DNA of 64,000 nucleotides. Origin: Reclinomonas americana ATCC 50394 (taxonomy: Eukaryota). The stretch's first letter is position 1, and every line of letters starts with the position of its first letter. The stretch spans positions 1,984,001-2,048,000 of the forward strand of contig PS015009.1 in assembly GCA_048213135.1 (NCBI GenBank). Direction: 5' to 3'. A model generated the notes under the pieces. It was not told the DNA's origin. It did not search any database and saw only the letters and a list, made by a program, of their open reading frames with translations. Positions 1 to 10,320 of this stretch are shown in pieces. A program made the translations under genes and the position numbers.

Positions 1-374
1 ACAACTCTACACTTTCTTATATCGGGCAGTCTATCGGCCTCAACACCATCGGGTTTGTGGCGGAAGCGAAATTGCCCAGGGACCCGCTTTTAAAACCCAA
101 TCAGTCGGCCGTAGTAAGAATACTGGATTACAGTGCGCCCAACGCTATTGTTATCCCGGTAAACACGATACAAACAGATGAGAAAGGCAAGTATGTTTTT
201 GTTCTGCAAAAAGCGCCGAACGGAACCAGTACCGCGAAGAAAAAACCGGTAGTAATGGGTGAAGTTTTTGGTGAAATGGCAGAGATCAAAGGTGGTTTGA
301 CCGTAGGTGAACAATTGATCACGGAAGGATACCAGAGCATTTATGAAGGACAATTGATCAGTGTGGCCAAGTAA
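1..374 (+). CDS. RND efflux periplasmic adaptor (membrane fusion protein), 5'-truncated by the window edge
   Basis: Frame is open from position 3. The C-terminal AIVIPVNTIQ..GKYVFV..GLTVGEQLITEG is typical of membrane fusion proteins, and the gene lies directly upstream of an RND permease. Confidence 0.85.
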   Translation, partial: NSTLSYIGQSIGLNTIGFVAEAKLPRDPLLKPNQSAVVRILDYSAPNAIVIPVNTIQTDEKGKYVFVLQKAPNGTSTAKKKPVVMGEVFGEMAEIKGGLTVGEQLITEGYQSIYEGQLISVAK

Positions 375-412
375 GGAACCAAAACATTGCAAACTGCAAA
401 ACAGCATTACAG

Positions 413-3400
413 ATGAAACAAAATTTGGAAGGAATATCTAAAAAATTCAAGCAATTTTTTATGACCAGCTGGGCGGTGGATAACCGTACGGCTGTATATA
501 TCATCACCATTATTATCAGTATATACGGGCTAATGAAGTTTACCAGCATGCCCAAAGAACAGTATCCTGATATTGTGGTGCCCACCATCAGTATCACTAC
601 CATTTATGCGGGTAACTCGCCAAAAGATATTGAGAACCTAGTAACACAACCGATCGAGAAAGAACTGAAAGGTATCAGTGGCGCCAAGGTGAAAAAGATC
701 AACAGTATTTCCCAGCAGGACTATAGCCTGATCATCGTGGAATTTGATACGGATGTAAAAACAGACCTGGCCAAACTGAAGGTCACCGACGCGATAGACC
801 GGGCCAAAAGTGATCTGCCGAATGATCTTACATCTGAACCCGTGGCCCAGGAATTCGCCTTCAGTGAAATGCCCATCATGTTTGTGAACGTGAGCGGCAA
901 TTACGATGGTTTGAAATTGAAAATGTATGCTGAGGACCTGCAGGATGAATTCGAAAATCTTCCCGAGATCAACCGTGCTGACATTATCGGCGCTCCGGAA
1001 AGGGAAATACAGATCAATGCCGATCCGTATAAAATGCAGGCGGCCAGGATCACCTTTAACGATATTGAAGGTGCAGTAAGCAGGGAAAACCATGATATTA
1101 CGAGCGGACAGATAGATGTGGGTACACAGGAACGTACCATGAAAGTAAAAGGCCAGTTCGTTGACGCCACGAGTATGAGGGATATTATTGTGCGCAGCAG
1201 TGCGCAGGGCGGCTGGGCCTATCTCCGCGATATCGCTGAAGTAAAAGATACCGTAAAAGAAAAAGACAGTTATGCCCGTTTGAACGGCCAGAATGTGGTA
1301 ACCATCAATATCGTAAAGCGTGCTGGTGAGAACCTGATCAACGCGGCAACAAAAGTGAAGGAAATCGTTGCCAATATGAAGAAAAAAGGCGATCTGCCGG
1401 GCAACCTCGATGTAGTGATCACCGGTGACCAGAGTAAAGCCACAGCCACCTCATTCAATGAACTGGTGAATACGATCATTATCGGGTTTGTACTGGTATT
1501 GGTGGTACTGATGTTCTTTATGGGTGTAACCAATGCCTTCTTTGTGGCGTTGAGTGTGCCGCTGAGTGTGTTTGTCTCCTTCCTGGGGCTGCCGATAGCG
1601 GATATGATCATTGGAACAACAGTAACCCTCAACTTTATCGTACTATTCGCATTGCTTTTCGGTTTGGGTATTATTGTGGATGACGCGATTGTGGTAATTG
1701 AGAACACCCACCGGATATACCATAATGGTAAAGTGCCGATCGTCCGAAGCGCTAAAGAAGCGGCAGGCGAGGTTTTCATCCCGGTGCTGGCAGGTACGGC
1801 CACTACACTTGCGCCATTTTTCCCATTACTGTTCTGGAAAGGGATCATCGGTAAATTCATGATCTACCTGCCTACCATGCTCATATTGACGCTGGCGGCA
1901 TCACTGATCGTAGCCTTCTTCTTCAACCCGGTATTCGCGGTAAGCTTTATGCGCCCCGAAGGGAAAGAGTACGAGGAACCTAAAAAATTACTCTTCAGAA
2001 AATGGTGGTTCTGGGCCTTTATTGGATTGGGTCTCGTTTTCCATATGGGCGGGTCTCATGGCATGGGTAACTTCATGCTGTTCATGGTACTGATGTTTAT
2101 TTTAAACCGCTTTGTACTGAATGACGTGATACATTACTTCCAGCACAGGGTACTGCCGTCACTGATGAACCGTTATGAAAAATTATTGAGGTGGGTACTG
2201 AAAGGTACACGGCCGGCATGGATATTCTCGTCACTGTTCCTTTTGTTTATTCTCTCCGTTGTGTTTTTGATGGCAAGCGTTTCGTCGGGTCGTACCAAAA
2301 CAACCTTCTTCCCCAGCGGTGATCCTAACTTTGTATATGTATACCTGAAGATGCCGGTAGGTACCAGGGTAGAAACCACAGACAGTATTACCAGTGTGCT
2401 GGAAAAACGGGTGTTGAAAGTACTGGAGAAAGAAAATCCCGGTCAGCCCGGAAGTATCGTGGAGAGTGTGATCACCAACGTAGCGAACAGCGCCAACAGG
2501 CCGGATGACAATAACAGGAGTGTACAGTCCAACCTCGGACGTATCCAGGTATCGTTCGTTGAATTTGAAAAACGCCATGGAAAAAGCACCAAGCCTTTCC
2601 TCGATTCCATCAGGGCTAATATGGCCGGTATACCCGGTGCCAGTATAGTGGTGGAACAGGAAAATGGCGGCCCTCCAACAGATCCCCCAATCAATATCGA
2701 AGTATCAGGTGATGATTATGATGTGATATCCAAAGTGGCACAAAATCTTTCCAACTACCTCGACCAGCATAAAACCGATGGCGTGGAAGGACTTCGTATG
2801 GACGTGGACCTGAACAGCCCTGAAATAACGATCAACGTAAACAGGGAAAAGGCAACCATGGAAGGGTTGAGCACCGCCCAGATCGGTATGGAGCTGCGGA
2901 CAGGCGTATTCGGTAAAGAGATCAGCAAGATCAAACAGGGTGAAGATGAGTTCAAAATCCAGCTGAGGTATATGAGTGATCTCCGGAACAATGTAACCGA
3001 CCTGCTCAACCAGCGCATCACCTTCATGGATATGAATACGATGCAGGTGAAGAGCATACCGATCGGTGCCATTGCTTCCATCGATTATACCAGTACGTCA
3101 GGCGCTGTGGCACGTAAGAATGTAAAACGTACGATACAGCTGCAGTCCAACGTACTGGACCCAAGTATGACAGCAAAAGCCAACCAGGATATAGCCGGCA
3201 AGATCGCCGAATTTAAATCGAAGAATACCTTACCGCCTGATATCAGCATCCGCCAGACAGGCCAGGGTGAACAGGAAGCGGAAACATCGGCATTCTTGTT
3301 CAATGCACTGATGATCTCACTTGGTCTGATCTTCCTGATACTGGTATTGCAGTTCCGTTCATTGAGTAAACCATTCATCGTACTCACAGAAATATTCTTC

Positions 3401-3994
3401 TCTGTTATCGGTGTATTGCTGGGTTACGCGATCACGGGCATGACCATTGCAACCATCATGTTTGGTGTAGGTATCATCGGCCTGGCGGGCATCGTAATTA
3501 AAAACGGTATCCTGCTCATCGAATTTACAGATGAACTGAGGGGCAGGGGCATGCGTACGAGGGAAGCAGCCATACAGGCCGGTAAGATCCGTATCGTACC
3601 CGTATTGTTAACCGCGTTAGCTACTATGCTTGGCCTGTTGCCACTGGCAGTAGGCTTCAACATCGACTTCGTTTCCCTGTTCCAGCATTTCAATCCAAAG
3701 ATATTTTTTGGTGGTGACAGCGTAGTGTTCTGGGGGCCGTTGAGCTGGACGATCATTTTCGGTCTCGTCTTCGCGTTCTTCCTTACACTGATGATGGTGC
3801 CGAGTATGTACCTCATATCTGAAAGGCTGAGAAGGCCGATGGAGCGGTTCTATGGAACCAAGTTTGTCGCCCTGTTCGGTTTCCTCGGACCCTTCTTCTT
3901 CATCTTTGCAGGTGTTATGTACCTGGTAAGAAGGCTGCAGGGTAAGAAAGTGTGGAATGGTAAATTGAAGAACCCTCCGCCTAAAACAGTCTAG
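413..3994 (+). CDS. RND efflux permease (AcrB/AcrD/AcrF family)
   Basis: 1193 aa with GIIVDDAIVVIEN, GIVIKNGILLIEF and RIVPVLLTALAT motifs and two large periplasmic domains. Confidence 0.95.
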   Translation: MKQNLEGISKKFKQFFMTSWAVDNRTAVYIITIIISIYGLMKFTSMPKEQYPDIVVPTISITTIYAGNSPKDIENLVTQPIEKELKGISGAKVKKINSISQQDYSLIIVEFDTDVKTDLAKLKVTDAIDRAKSDLPNDLTSEPVAQEFAFSEMPIMFVNVSGNYDGLKLKMYAEDLQDEFENLPEINRADIIGAPEREIQINADPYKMQAARITFNDIEGAVSRENHDITSGQIDVGTQERTMKVKGQFVDATSMRDIIVRSSAQGGWAYLRDIAEVKDTVKEKDSYARLNGQNVVTINIVKRAGENLINAATKVKEIVANMKKKGDLPGNLDVVITGDQSKATATSFNELVNTIIIGFVLVLVVLMFFMGVTNAFFVALSVPLSVFVSFLGLPIADMIIGTTVTLNFIVLFALLFGLGIIVDDAIVVIENTHRIYHNGKVPIVRSAKEAAGEVFIPVLAGTATTLAPFFPLLFWKGIIGKFMIYLPTMLILTLAASLIVAFFFNPVFAVSFMRPEGKEYEEPKKLLFRKWWFWAFIGLGLVFHMGGSHGMGNFMLFMVLMFILNRFVLNDVIHYFQHRVLPSLMNRYEKLLRWVLKGTRPAWIFSSLFLLFILSVVFLMASVSSGRTKTTFFPSGDPNFVYVYLKMPVGTRVETTDSITSVLEKRVLKVLEKENPGQPGSIVESVITNVANSANRPDDNNRSVQSNLGRIQVSFVEFEKRHGKSTKPFLDSIRANMAGIPGASIVVEQENGGPPTDPPINIEVSGDDYDVISKVAQNLSNYLDQHKTDGVEGLRMDVDLNSPEITINVNREKATMEGLSTAQIGMELRTGVFGKEISKIKQGEDEFKIQLRYMSDLRNNVTDLLNQRITFMDMNTMQVKSIPIGAIASIDYTSTSGAVARKNVKRTIQLQSNVLDPSMTAKANQDIAGKIAEFKSKNTLPPDISIRQTGQGEQEAETSAFLFNALMISLGLIFLILVLQFRSLSKPFIVLTEIFFSVIGVLLGYAITGMTIATIMFGVGIIGLAGIVIKNGILLIEFTDELRGRGMRTREAAIQAGKIRIVPVLLTALATMLGLLPLAVGFNIDFVSLFQHFNPKIFFGGDSVVFWGPLSWTIIFGLVFAFFLTLMMVPSMYLISERLRRPMERFYGTKFVALFGFLGPFFFIFAGVMYLVRRLQGKKVWNGKLKNPPPKTV

Positions 3995-4030
3995 CAGTAA
4001 GTCTGCATAGCAGACAGGTTTTGATACCCC

Positions 4031-4062
4031 AATGCCGCACAGTTATCTGTGTGGCATTTTTC
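4031..4062 (+). terminator. Intrinsic terminator
   Basis: AATGCCGCACAG-ttat-CTGTGTGGCATT followed by a T run, downstream of the RND gene. Confidence 0.8.
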
Positions 4063-4192
4063 TTTATGAAATACTAAAACTGCCTTCTCGGCTTTGCGTG
4101 AGAAAAATTATTCGTGGCGAAACTTACATTAACAAGACTTTTTTTGTCAAACTCGCCAATCACGATAATTTCACATAAAAATTGATATAGCC

Positions 4193-4984
4193 ATGCGTAC
4201 AAACCATGAAATTGACTACAGGATTTACGGGGAAGAGCTGCAGTTCGTAGAAATTGAACTCGACCCTAATGAAACCGCCATCGCGGAAAGCGGCGCTTTT
4301 ATGATGATGGACAACGGTATTGAAATGCAAACCATTTTCGGCGACGGCAGCCAGCAGCAAAGCGGTGGACTGCTGGGCAAACTGTTCAGCGCCGGTAAAC
4401 GCCTGCTGGTAGGGGAAAGCCTGTTTATGACGGCATTTACCAATGCGGGGCAGGGAAAGAAAAGGGTGAGTTTTGCGGCGCCGTATACCGGTAAAATCAT
4501 CGCTTTCGACCTGCAGCAGCTGGGCGGAAAGATCATCGCCCAAAAAGACGCCTTTCTTTGCGCCGCTAAAGGCGTAAGTATTGGTATCGAGTTCCAGCGC
4601 AAACTGGGTACCGGCATCTTCGGCGGTGAAGGTTTTATTATGGAAAAACTGGAAGGTGATGGCCTGGCTTTCGCTCATGCAGGTGGTTACGTGATCGAGA
4701 AAACCCTGCAACCCGGGGAAATATTAAAAGTGGATACCGGCTGCGTGGTCGCCTACACGGCAGGTGTTGATTTCGATATTGAATTCATTCGTGGTGTGAA
4801 GAACTGGATGTTCGGTGGAGAAGGGTTGTTCTTCGCTAAAATGACCGGCCCGGGTAAGGTGTGGCTGCAATCGCTGCCCATCAGCCGCCTGGCAGGCCGT
4901 ATCATGCAGTACGGAACTTACAACCGTAAAGAAGAAGGAAGCATCCTGGGCGGGTTGGGTAACCTGCTGGATGGAAGAGAGTAA
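4193..4984 (+). CDS. TIGR00266/AIM24 family protein
   Basis: AESGAFMMMD, GESLFMT, FGGEGF and GPGKVWLQSLP motifs. Confidence 0.9.
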   Translation: MRTNHEIDYRIYGEELQFVEIELDPNETAIAESGAFMMMDNGIEMQTIFGDGSQQQSGGLLGKLFSAGKRLLVGESLFMTAFTNAGQGKKRVSFAAPYTGKIIAFDLQQLGGKIIAQKDAFLCAAKGVSIGIEFQRKLGTGIFGGEGFIMEKLEGDGLAFAHAGGYVIEKTLQPGEILKVDTGCVVAYTAGVDFDIEFIRGVKNWMFGGEGLFFAKMTGPGKVWLQSLPISRLAGRIMQYGTYNRKEEGSILGGLGNLLDGRE

Positions 4985-5045
4985 TACCGCCAATTTGAAG
5001 ATGTTCCAATTTGATAATTGGAACTGTTGAATATTAATTTGTCTG

Positions 5046-5072
5046 AACTCCCCGGGAAACCGGGGAGTTTTT
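5046..5072 (+). terminator. Intrinsic terminator
   Basis: AACTCCCCGG-gaaa-CCGGGGAGTT followed by TTT. Confidence 0.85.
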
Positions 5073-5115
5073 ATTTAGACCCCGGCTAAAAATAGATTTT
5101 TGTGGTTTTACATTA

Positions 5116-5131
5116 ATCGTATATTTGCGAT
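5116..5131 (+). promoter_or_regulatory. Probable ArsR operator overlapping the Bacteroidota -7 element
   Basis: Imperfect inverted repeat ATCGTA-tatt-TGCGAT containing TATATTTG (TAnnTTTG), just upstream of the arsR start. Confidence 0.6.
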
Positions 5132-5144
5132 ATAAGATTAAAAA

Positions 5145-5480
5145 ATGGCCATTCACAAAAGAGAAGAATTTACACAGAAAGAGCAGGACCTGGCGGAATT
5201 TGCCAAGGCCCTGGCCCACCCGGCAAGGATCGCCATCCTGAAAGTACTGGCGGAACGCAATGAATGTATATGCGGTGAAATTGTAGAGGTGCTACCCCTG
5301 GCGCAGTCAACCGTTTCCCAGCACCTGAAGGAATTGAAACAGGCCGGGCTTATCACCGGTACGGTAGACGGCCCCCGCAGCTGCTACTGCATCAACTGGA
5401 AATCATTTGAAAAATTCAACAACGAATTCAACAGCCTTTTTCAGAACCTGAAAGTGAAAAATGAAAAGGCCTGCTGCTGA
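5145..5480 (+). CDS. arsR: ArsR/SmtB family metalloregulator
   Basis: [39 protein letters not shown] and a C-terminal CC; heads the ars genes. Confidence 0.9.
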   Translation: MAIHKREEFTQKEQDLAEFAKALAHPARIAILKVLAERNECICGEIVEVLPLAQSTVSQHLKELKQAGLITGTVDGPRSCYCINWKSFEKFNNEFNSLFQNLKVKNEKACC

Positions 5481-5508
5481 CCGATTTTCTAACATTAAAA
5501 ATATAGCC

Positions 5509-6366
5509 ATGAATGAAAATGAAAACGTAAAAGAGCTGGTACGGGAAAAATATGCAGCTATTGCCCGGCAGGACGCTGCACAAAACGCATCCTCCTGTTG
5601 CGGTGCCACGGCCTCATGCTGTGGCGATGAGGTCTATAATATAATGGCCGACGACTACAGCAAACTGGATGGATACAATGCCGAGGCGGACCTGGGCCTG
5701 GGTTGCGGGCTGCCGACTGAATTTGCAAAGATCAGCGAAGGAGATACTGTTATTGACCTGGGCAGCGGCGCAGGTAATGATGTGTTTATTGCCAGGCGTT
5801 TCACTGGCGCAACAGGTAAGGTTATCGGCATTGATTTTACGGAACCGATGATCGCCAAAGCCCGGCAAAATGCCGAAAAGGCCGGATTTAATAATGTGGA
5901 GTTTCGCCAGGGCGATATTGAAGATATGCCTGTTGCCGCCAATGTGGCTGACGTAATTGTGAGCAATTGCGTTCTTAACCTGGTGCCGAATAAGCATAAG
6001 GTATTCAGTGAAATATACCGCGTACTGAAACCGGGCGGGCATTTTTCCATTTCCGATATTGTGCTGGAAGGCGAATTGCCGGGCAAATGGAAAGAGGTAG
6101 CGGAATTATATGCGGGCTGCGTTTCCGGGGCTATTCAGCAATCGGAATACCTTGGGATTATTACAGAGGCTGGTTTTACAGGTGTAGAGGTACAGAAATC
6201 AAAGCCTATCATACTTCCCGATGATATCCTGGCCAACTATCTTTCTGAGGAAGAAATTGCAGCCTATAAAAATAGTAAAACACGCATCACCAGTATAACG
6301 GTATATGCGGAAAAACCCGCGAAAGACGACCGGAATTGCTGTGAACCCGGCAGTTCCTGTTGTTAG
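5509..6366 (+). CDS. arsM: Arsenite S-adenosylmethionine methyltransferase
   Basis: LGLGCGLP, VIDLGSGAGND, VSNCVLNL and YAGCVSGA motifs with Cys-pair-rich termini. ATG 5509 taken as the start. Confidence 0.9.
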   Translation: MNENENVKELVREKYAAIARQDAAQNASSCCGATASCCGDEVYNIMADDYSKLDGYNAEADLGLGCGLPTEFAKISEGDTVIDLGSGAGNDVFIARRFTGATGKVIGIDFTEPMIAKARQNAEKAGFNNVEFRQGDIEDMPVAANVADVIVSNCVLNLVPNKHKVFSEIYRVLKPGGHFSISDIVLEGELPGKWKEVAELYAGCVSGAIQQSEYLGIITEAGFTGVEVQKSKPIILPDDILANYLSEEEIAAYKNSKTRITSITVYAEKPAKDDRNCCEPGSSCC

Positions 6367-6451
6367 AACAGAGATGCGAGTTCATCACCTGGAAACTAAA
6401 GCCATGAAAACAGGGTACTGGTTCAAACCGGTATCTTTTATTTCTTCCATC

Positions 6452-6856
6452 ATGAAAAAGAAAATTCTATTCGTTTGTATCGAGAACAGCAACCGCTCTC
6501 AAATGAGTCAGGCATTTGCCATCATACATGGTAAAGGCGAAATCGATGCCTGCAGCGCCGGCAGCCAACCTTCGGGTGTAATCAACCCCAAAGCCATTGC
6601 AGCCATGAAAGAACTGGGGTACGATTTAAGTACGCATGATTCTAAATCACTGGAAGAAGTAAAACAGTTTGCTCCTTTTGATGTGGTGGTAACCATGGGC
6701 TGCGGCGATGCCTGTCCCTGGATGCCGGCCCACCATTTTATCGACTGGCAGATACCCGATCCCAAACATATGGACCGGGAGCAGTTTAATGAAGTACGTG
6801 ATTTGCTGAGCGGAAAAGTGCAGGAACTGATTAAAACATTACAGGAAACTGTGTAA
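6452..6856 (+). CDS. arsC: Arsenate reductase, LMW-PTP/thioredoxin type
   Basis: ILFVCIENSNRSQM (CX5R), TMGCGDACP and WQIPDP motifs. Confidence 0.85.
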   Translation: MKKKILFVCIENSNRSQMSQAFAIIHGKGEIDACSAGSQPSGVINPKAIAAMKELGYDLSTHDSKSLEEVKQFAPFDVVVTMGCGDACPWMPAHHFIDWQIPDPKHMDREQFNEVRDLLSGKVQELIKTLQETV

Positions 6857-6868
6857 CGGTAGATATTA

Positions 6869-6903
6869 AAAAGCCTCGCAACCATTTGCGGGGCTTTTAT
6901 TTT
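6869..6903. terminator. Bidirectional intrinsic terminator
   Basis: AAAAGCCTCGCAA-ccat-TTGCGGGGCTTTT between convergent genes. Confidence 0.8.
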
Positions 6904-6915
6904 GAAACTACTTTA

Positions 6916-7683
6916 TCAGTTCCTGCTGCTTAGTTTCGACAGCAGGCGCAGAATTTCAAGATACAACCATACAATGGTCACCAGCAATCCGAAGGCGCCG
7001 TACCATTCCATGTATTTGGGAGCACCCAGTTCGGCACCCTGCTCAATCATATCGAAATCGAGGATGAGGTTGAGCGCTGCCAGGGCCACTACAAACAGGG
7101 AGAACCCGATGCCGATAGCGCTGCCTTCATGCAGGAAGGTGAAGTTGTCATATCCAAAACCACGCATCACCAGTACAATCAGGTAGAAGATGGCGATACC
7201 CGCTGTAGCGGTAATGATGATGGACTTGAATTTTTCTGTTGCCTTGATGATCTTAAAGCTGTACAACAGGTACATGGCCACTGCCGTACCCAGGGTAAGA
7301 CCAACGGCATTGATAATGATATTGGGTGCCACGTCGGCAAAAGCGTAATCGTAATAAGCAGAAACGGCGCCTACAAAAAGACCTTCCAGCAAGGCGTAGG
7401 CCGGTGCCAGGTAAGGAGACCATTCTTTTTTGAAAACGAGGATAATAGCGACAACAAGTCCGCCGATAGCGCCTGTCCATACCAATGGCTGCACATTACC
7501 GCCTTCCGCGAATTCTTTCCACGAGTAAAAGGCTGTGCCCAGCACCATCAGGAACAGGAAGCCGAATTTGTTGAGGGTGCCCCTTACCGTCATGGCATTT
7601 TCGCTGGTAACCACGTTATCCAGTACCGTGTCTTTAAATCTTTTTTCTGAAAGGGTAGGGTTACCCGATTTGAAAAGTGACAT
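6916..7683 (-). CDS. Bax inhibitor-1/YccA family membrane protein
   Basis: MTVRGTLNK, LILDFDMIE, APKYMEWYGAFGLLVTIVWLYLEILRLL motifs. Confidence 0.9.
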   Translation of the reverse strand: MSLFKSGNPTLSEKRFKDTVLDNVVTSENAMTVRGTLNKFGFLFLMVLGTAFYSWKEFAEGGNVQPLVWTGAIGGLVVAIILVFKKEWSPYLAPAYALLEGLFVGAVSAYYDYAFADVAPNIIINAVGLTLGTAVAMYLLYSFKIIKATEKFKSIIITATAGIAIFYLIVLVMRGFGYDNFTFLHEGSAIGIGFSLFVVALAALNLILDFDMIEQGAELGAPKYMEWYGAFGLLVTIVWLYLEILRLLSKLSSRN

Positions 7684-7768
7684 AGTTTATGATTTAGATA
7701 TTAAAGATAAGGAAAACAGGCAGGTTAACCGAAGAATTTGCGGCCCCGTCCTCCCTTTTTCTTCCTTA

Positions 7769-8629
7769 TTAATTGGTTTTTAACCCGGGGTACTGGCTTA
7801 CCGTTTCAAAGTCGTATTCCCCGGTGGCTTTCAGCTTCTTAATCAATCGTTGAAGGGATGAGGCGTCGGCACTGTCGGCATACACCTGGTCGTGGGCCAG
7901 TAATACCAGGTGCCCGGGTGTTTTGGTGCGTCCGCCGGTAATGAGGCTGTCTACCTGGTGCAGCAGGTCATCGTCGGAGCACTGTAGTTTCAACTGCTGA
8001 TCAAAATGCCACTCCAGGTCCCATCCCATAATGGTGAAGCGTTGCTGCAGGCTGTCGGCGGTGGCGGTACTGCTTTTGATGTCGGTGCTGCTGATGCCGG
8101 GCGTGCGCCAGATGTTGCGCCCCGGTGTACGGATGATGTTGGTGGTCAGTCCCAGGCTGTCGGCACAGCGAACGAAGTCTTTAACGGCGCTGTCGGGCAC
8201 CGCGTAAAAACGGCTGAACTGGTTGCTGAAGGCGTGGGAGTAACTGTGGTTGGCGATCTCGAACCAGCGGCTGCAAACCAGGCTGTCGTAGATGGCGGTT
8301 TGCGCTTTGCTGCCATACACGTGCTGGCCAACAACGAAGAGGGTAACGGGTACCTCCTCTTCTTCAACGATGCTTTTCAGGCGGGAAGTGCCCTTGTTGG
8401 GGCCATCGTCGAAAGTGAGGTAGATGGTTTTCTTCTTCTTTTTGGGAGCGGGTTTCATCGCTGCCTGCTGTTGTGTGTCGGGCAGTGAGTCACCGATGGT
8501 GCCGGCAGTAAGGGAATCGTCTGTTGTATACACATGGCAAGCGGTAAGAACAACAGTGGAAATAAAAGTGGTGCTGATGAAGGCGTAATAAGGTGAAGCG
8601 GCTTGCTCGGCTTCTGCGTCGGGGTCCAT
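7769..8629 (-). CDS. Polysaccharide deacetylase (CE4/NodB), probable lipoprotein
   Basis: YLTFDDGP, NHSYSH and LVLLAHD motifs with a lipobox-like VLTAC. Start position uncertain. Confidence 0.85.
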   Translation of the reverse strand: MDPDAEAEQAASPYYAFISTTFISTVVLTACHVYTTDDSLTAGTIGDSLPDTQQQAAMKPAPKKKKKTIYLTFDDGPNKGTSRLKSIVEEEEVPVTLFVVGQHVYGSKAQTAIYDSLVCSRWFEIANHSYSHAFSNQFSRFYAVPDSAVKDFVRCADSLGLTTNIIRTPGRNIWRTPGISSTDIKSSTATADSLQQRFTIMGWDLEWHFDQQLKLQCSDDDLLHQVDSLITGGRTKTPGHLVLLAHDQVYADSADASSLQRLIKKLKATGEYDFETVSQYPGLKTN

Positions 8630-8798
8630 AAAGTTGGTGAGTAAAGTTTTAGTACATGAAGATATTATCCGGGCAGAGGGCTTTCCAAATTTTGATTGTT
8701 AAAGATTGTGTAAAGCGCATAAGGCGAAAAATAGTTTTCGCAAACCGGCGTTGTTAGCCTTTCACGGACTGTTTATTCTCACCTTAAAATTTATCAAA

Positions 8799-9239
8799 AT
8801 GAAACTGTTATTGCTCCCTTTCCTGGGTTTGTCTTTTATGCCCAACCCCGCCGGGCCTGCATCTGCCGCACAACTGGTGTCAGCCGCCACCTCAATAATG
8901 ACCAACAGCCTTAACAATGCGGTACTCCGTTTCCAGGATGGCGCCGGACCGGGTAAGATGTCCTGCGTACAATTCAAGAACCAGGAATTTTGCCGCGCCG
9001 AACTGAAAGATTTTGATTTTGATGCCAGGTTTTCCATTGTAAGCGCTACCGTATATTTCTCCGGTGCCAACTTCCGCGGCGTGGAAAAAGGGGCCATCAG
9101 CAATGCCAGCCTGAAGCCGATAAAACACTTGATGGAACGCTGCCTGCCCGGTTCCAATGTGGTGTTTGATGATGTGAAAGTGAAAGGACCGGATAATGAA
9201 GTGCGGACGATAACCGGGCTGAGTTTGACGTTGTTCTGA
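8799..9239 (+). CDS. Small exported protein resembling the GldM/PorM C-terminal domain
   Basis: Signal peptide, then FSIVSATVYFSGANF...PGSNVVFDDVKVKGPD, which recalls GldM C-terminal domains by eye. Confidence 0.5.
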   Translation: MKLLLLPFLGLSFMPNPAGPASAAQLVSAATSIMTNSLNNAVLRFQDGAGPGKMSCVQFKNQEFCRAELKDFDFDARFSIVSATVYFSGANFRGVEKGAISNASLKPIKHLMERCLPGSNVVFDDVKVKGPDNEVRTITGLSLTLF

Positions 9240-9262
9240 TAAACAAACGTCACGGCTTTCAT

Positions 9263-9793
9263 TTATTTTTTAAACATCGGCAACGGTTTCAGCGGCGTTC
9301 TCAAAAAATTGCGCAGCGATTGTTTGACCAGGAACCAGTGAAATCCAAGATTGGAAATATTTTTCCTGTTTTCCCTGATCTTAACTTTATCGGCACCGAA
9401 TGTTTTTAATCCTAAAGAAACGTCGATCCAGTCGGCCTTGCGGAAAGTTTCAACCGTGGTTTCATAGTCTCCTTTGTACTTGCCGACTTTATGATGCCAC
9501 CCAATCATGGCTGATATTTCTTCCCTCCATTCCGGTCTGTTGATCCCGGCCAGGTAAAGTTTTGCCTGTTCAATGGACGGGTCTAAATAATCGAATGTAT
9601 GATCTGTCCAGATGCCAATATCGTGGAACACCGCAGCTATGGCGTATTTCTCCCTGTTGTCCGCGTTGTCATCTATGAGCAGGCAATTCAGGTATACCCG
9701 GTAGACATGGTTTTTGTAACGTGGCAGGTCTTTTCCAATGGTGGATTGGAACGGGGTGAAGATGTTTTCGATTGTATGATCTGAGTAGTTCAA
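9263..9793 (-). CDS. HD-domain phosphohydrolase
   Basis: YKNHVYRV...AAVFHDIGIW...WHHK...FRKADWID; TTG start. Confidence 0.8.
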   Translation of the reverse strand: MNYSDHTIENIFTPFQSTIGKDLPRYKNHVYRVYLNCLLIDDNADNREKYAIAAVFHDIGIWTDHTFDYLDPSIEQAKLYLAGINRPEWREEISAMIGWHHKVGKYKGDYETTVETFRKADWIDVSLGLKTFGADKVKIRENRKNISNLGFHWFLVKQSLRNFLRTPLKPLPMFKK

Positions 9794-9867
9794 CAGGTGC
9801 TTTTACTGCCTGAAGATGCAAATTTTATCTGTGATGGCAAAGCGTAGACCAATGTGTTAATACAAAC

Positions 9868-10284
9868 TCAATCCTCAATGGCTTCAATGCCCTGTTCTTT
9901 CAACCGCTGCAGATGATCGTGCATGGTTTTGAGCTGCTCGGGTGAGTGGCCCTGCCATTCGCTGACCTCGCCTACGATCCTGAGCGGGTGTTTGGTGCGG
10001 TACGATCGGGTTGGATTGCCCGGATATTTTTTGTCGGTAAGATTGGGATCATCTTCAAAATCGCCGGTGGGCGCTACAATATAAATTCTTTCCCGCCCTT
10101 CTCCCACGGCCAGTTCGGCACCCCAGGTAGCTGCTTCCAAAGTGGCGGAGAAATAAATGTATTGGGCTTTATTCCTTTTGCCGTAATTGGAACTGAAACC
10201 AATTTGTATAAGGTCACCGGTTTTGAGATCGGCCTTTGTACCATGATAATACTGTGGTTGACCCGGTTCGTTTACAGGCGCCAT
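9868..10284 (-). CDS. arr: NAD(+)-rifampin ADP-ribosyltransferase
   Basis: YYHGTKADL, SNY, WGAELA, FEDDPNLTDKKYPGNPTRSYRT signature. Confidence 0.92.
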   Translation of the reverse strand: MAPVNEPGQPQYYHGTKADLKTGDLIQIGFSSNYGKRNKAQYIYFSATLEAATWGAELAVGEGRERIYIVAPTGDFEDDPNLTDKKYPGNPTRSYRTKHPLRIVGEVSEWQGHSPEQLKTMHDHLQRLKEQGIEAIED

Positions 10285-10320
10285 ATTGTAATGATGATTG
10301 TTGTGCGAAATTACATCCTG

